DNA of 64,000 nt. It comes from an uncultured Alphaproteobacteria bacterium (GTDB taxonomy: Bacteria; Pseudomonadota; Alphaproteobacteria; Rhizobiales; Xanthobacteraceae). The stretch spans positions 58,047-122,046 of the forward strand of contig CAWJRE010000049.1 of assembly GCA_963845075.1 (NCBI GenBank). Direction: 5' to 3'. Position 1 is the first letter of the stretch. Every line of letters starts with the position of its first letter. The position numbers and the translations under genes were made by a program. Shown piece after piece: positions 63,850 to 64,000 of this stretch. A model generated the notes under the pieces. The model saw nothing but the letters and a program-made list of their open reading frames with translations, had not been told where the DNA came from and made no database searches.

Positions 63850-64000
63850 ATGATCACGCTTGAAGATTGCATTGGTTTGTGCGGCCTGACCGAAGAGGAG
63901 GTGCTCGCCATCGCGGAACACGAACACCTCCCGGAAATCGCTGCAACGGCACTCGCTCAATATCTCTTGTCTCTAGAGCATGGCAGCGAGAAAGTTCGTG
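63850..64000 (+). CDS. hypothetical protein, 5' partial (runs off the window)
   Basis: Open frame from ATG 63850 (MITLEDCIGLCGLTEEEVLAIAEHEHLPEIAATALAQYLL...) with no stop before the end of the window. Confidence 0.35.
   Translation, partial: MITLEDCIGLCGLTEEEVLAIAEHEHLPEIAATALAQYLLSLEHGSEKVR

Overview
This is a 64-kb high-GC (roughly 63-66% by eye) chromosomal segment that reads like an alphaproteobacterial (Rhizobiales-type) methylotroph.

- **1-22.3 kb, methylotrophy island.** A lanthanide-type PQQ methanol dehydrogenase operon (xoxF-xoxG-xoxJ, minus strand) is convergent with four secreted accessory proteins. Next come fhcB-A-D-C, a folP paralogue and a pterin-4a-carbinolamine dehydratase. 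A tightly overlapped operon follows: mptG-mtdB-(ATP-grasp)-mch-(RimK-like ligase)-(CitG-like). After it come fae and two more H4MPT-linked genes.
- **22-52 kb, mixed housekeeping and accessory genes.** These include an Slt-type lytic transglycosylase, a luciferase-like oxidoreductase, and an orphan LivK-type binding protein beside a DUF3311/sodium:solute symporter pair and an amidohydrolase. Also present are an M24 peptidase, a GGDEF protein, cysK-like + sseA, an Ada-AlkA fusion divergent from ogt, and DegP. Further along are DUF1272, a persulfide dioxygenase-rhodanese fusion, DUF4399 + a CpxP/Spy-like protein, an orphan divergent flagellin-like gene, aapJQMP, metC and a PAP2 phosphatase.
- **52-60 kb.** The alpha-2-macroglobulin/PbpC pair.
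- **60-64 kb.** A tRNA-Arg(UCU) at 60.2 kb is followed by a ~2.8-kb visibly AT-richer stretch of small ORFs (VanZ-like, NepR-like, small secreted proteins) and a FixK/Crp-family regulator.

I see no CRISPR array, transposase, integrase, prophage or recognisable defence system.

The most unusual signals are:
1. A high density of reading-frame lesions in otherwise conserved genes. These are an in-frame TGA in fhcB and +1 frameshifts in short nucleotide runs in xoxJ, the RimK-like ligase, a VanZ-like gene and two secreted hypotheticals.
2. A perfect tandem 15-bp direct repeat and a 12-bp palindrome upstream of xoxF.
3. Families of palindromic intergenic repeats, one lying inside the 5' coding end of pbpC.
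4. Orphan periplasmic binding proteins without ABC partners.

All family calls come from reading the translated ORFs and from recall of family motifs. No database search was possible.
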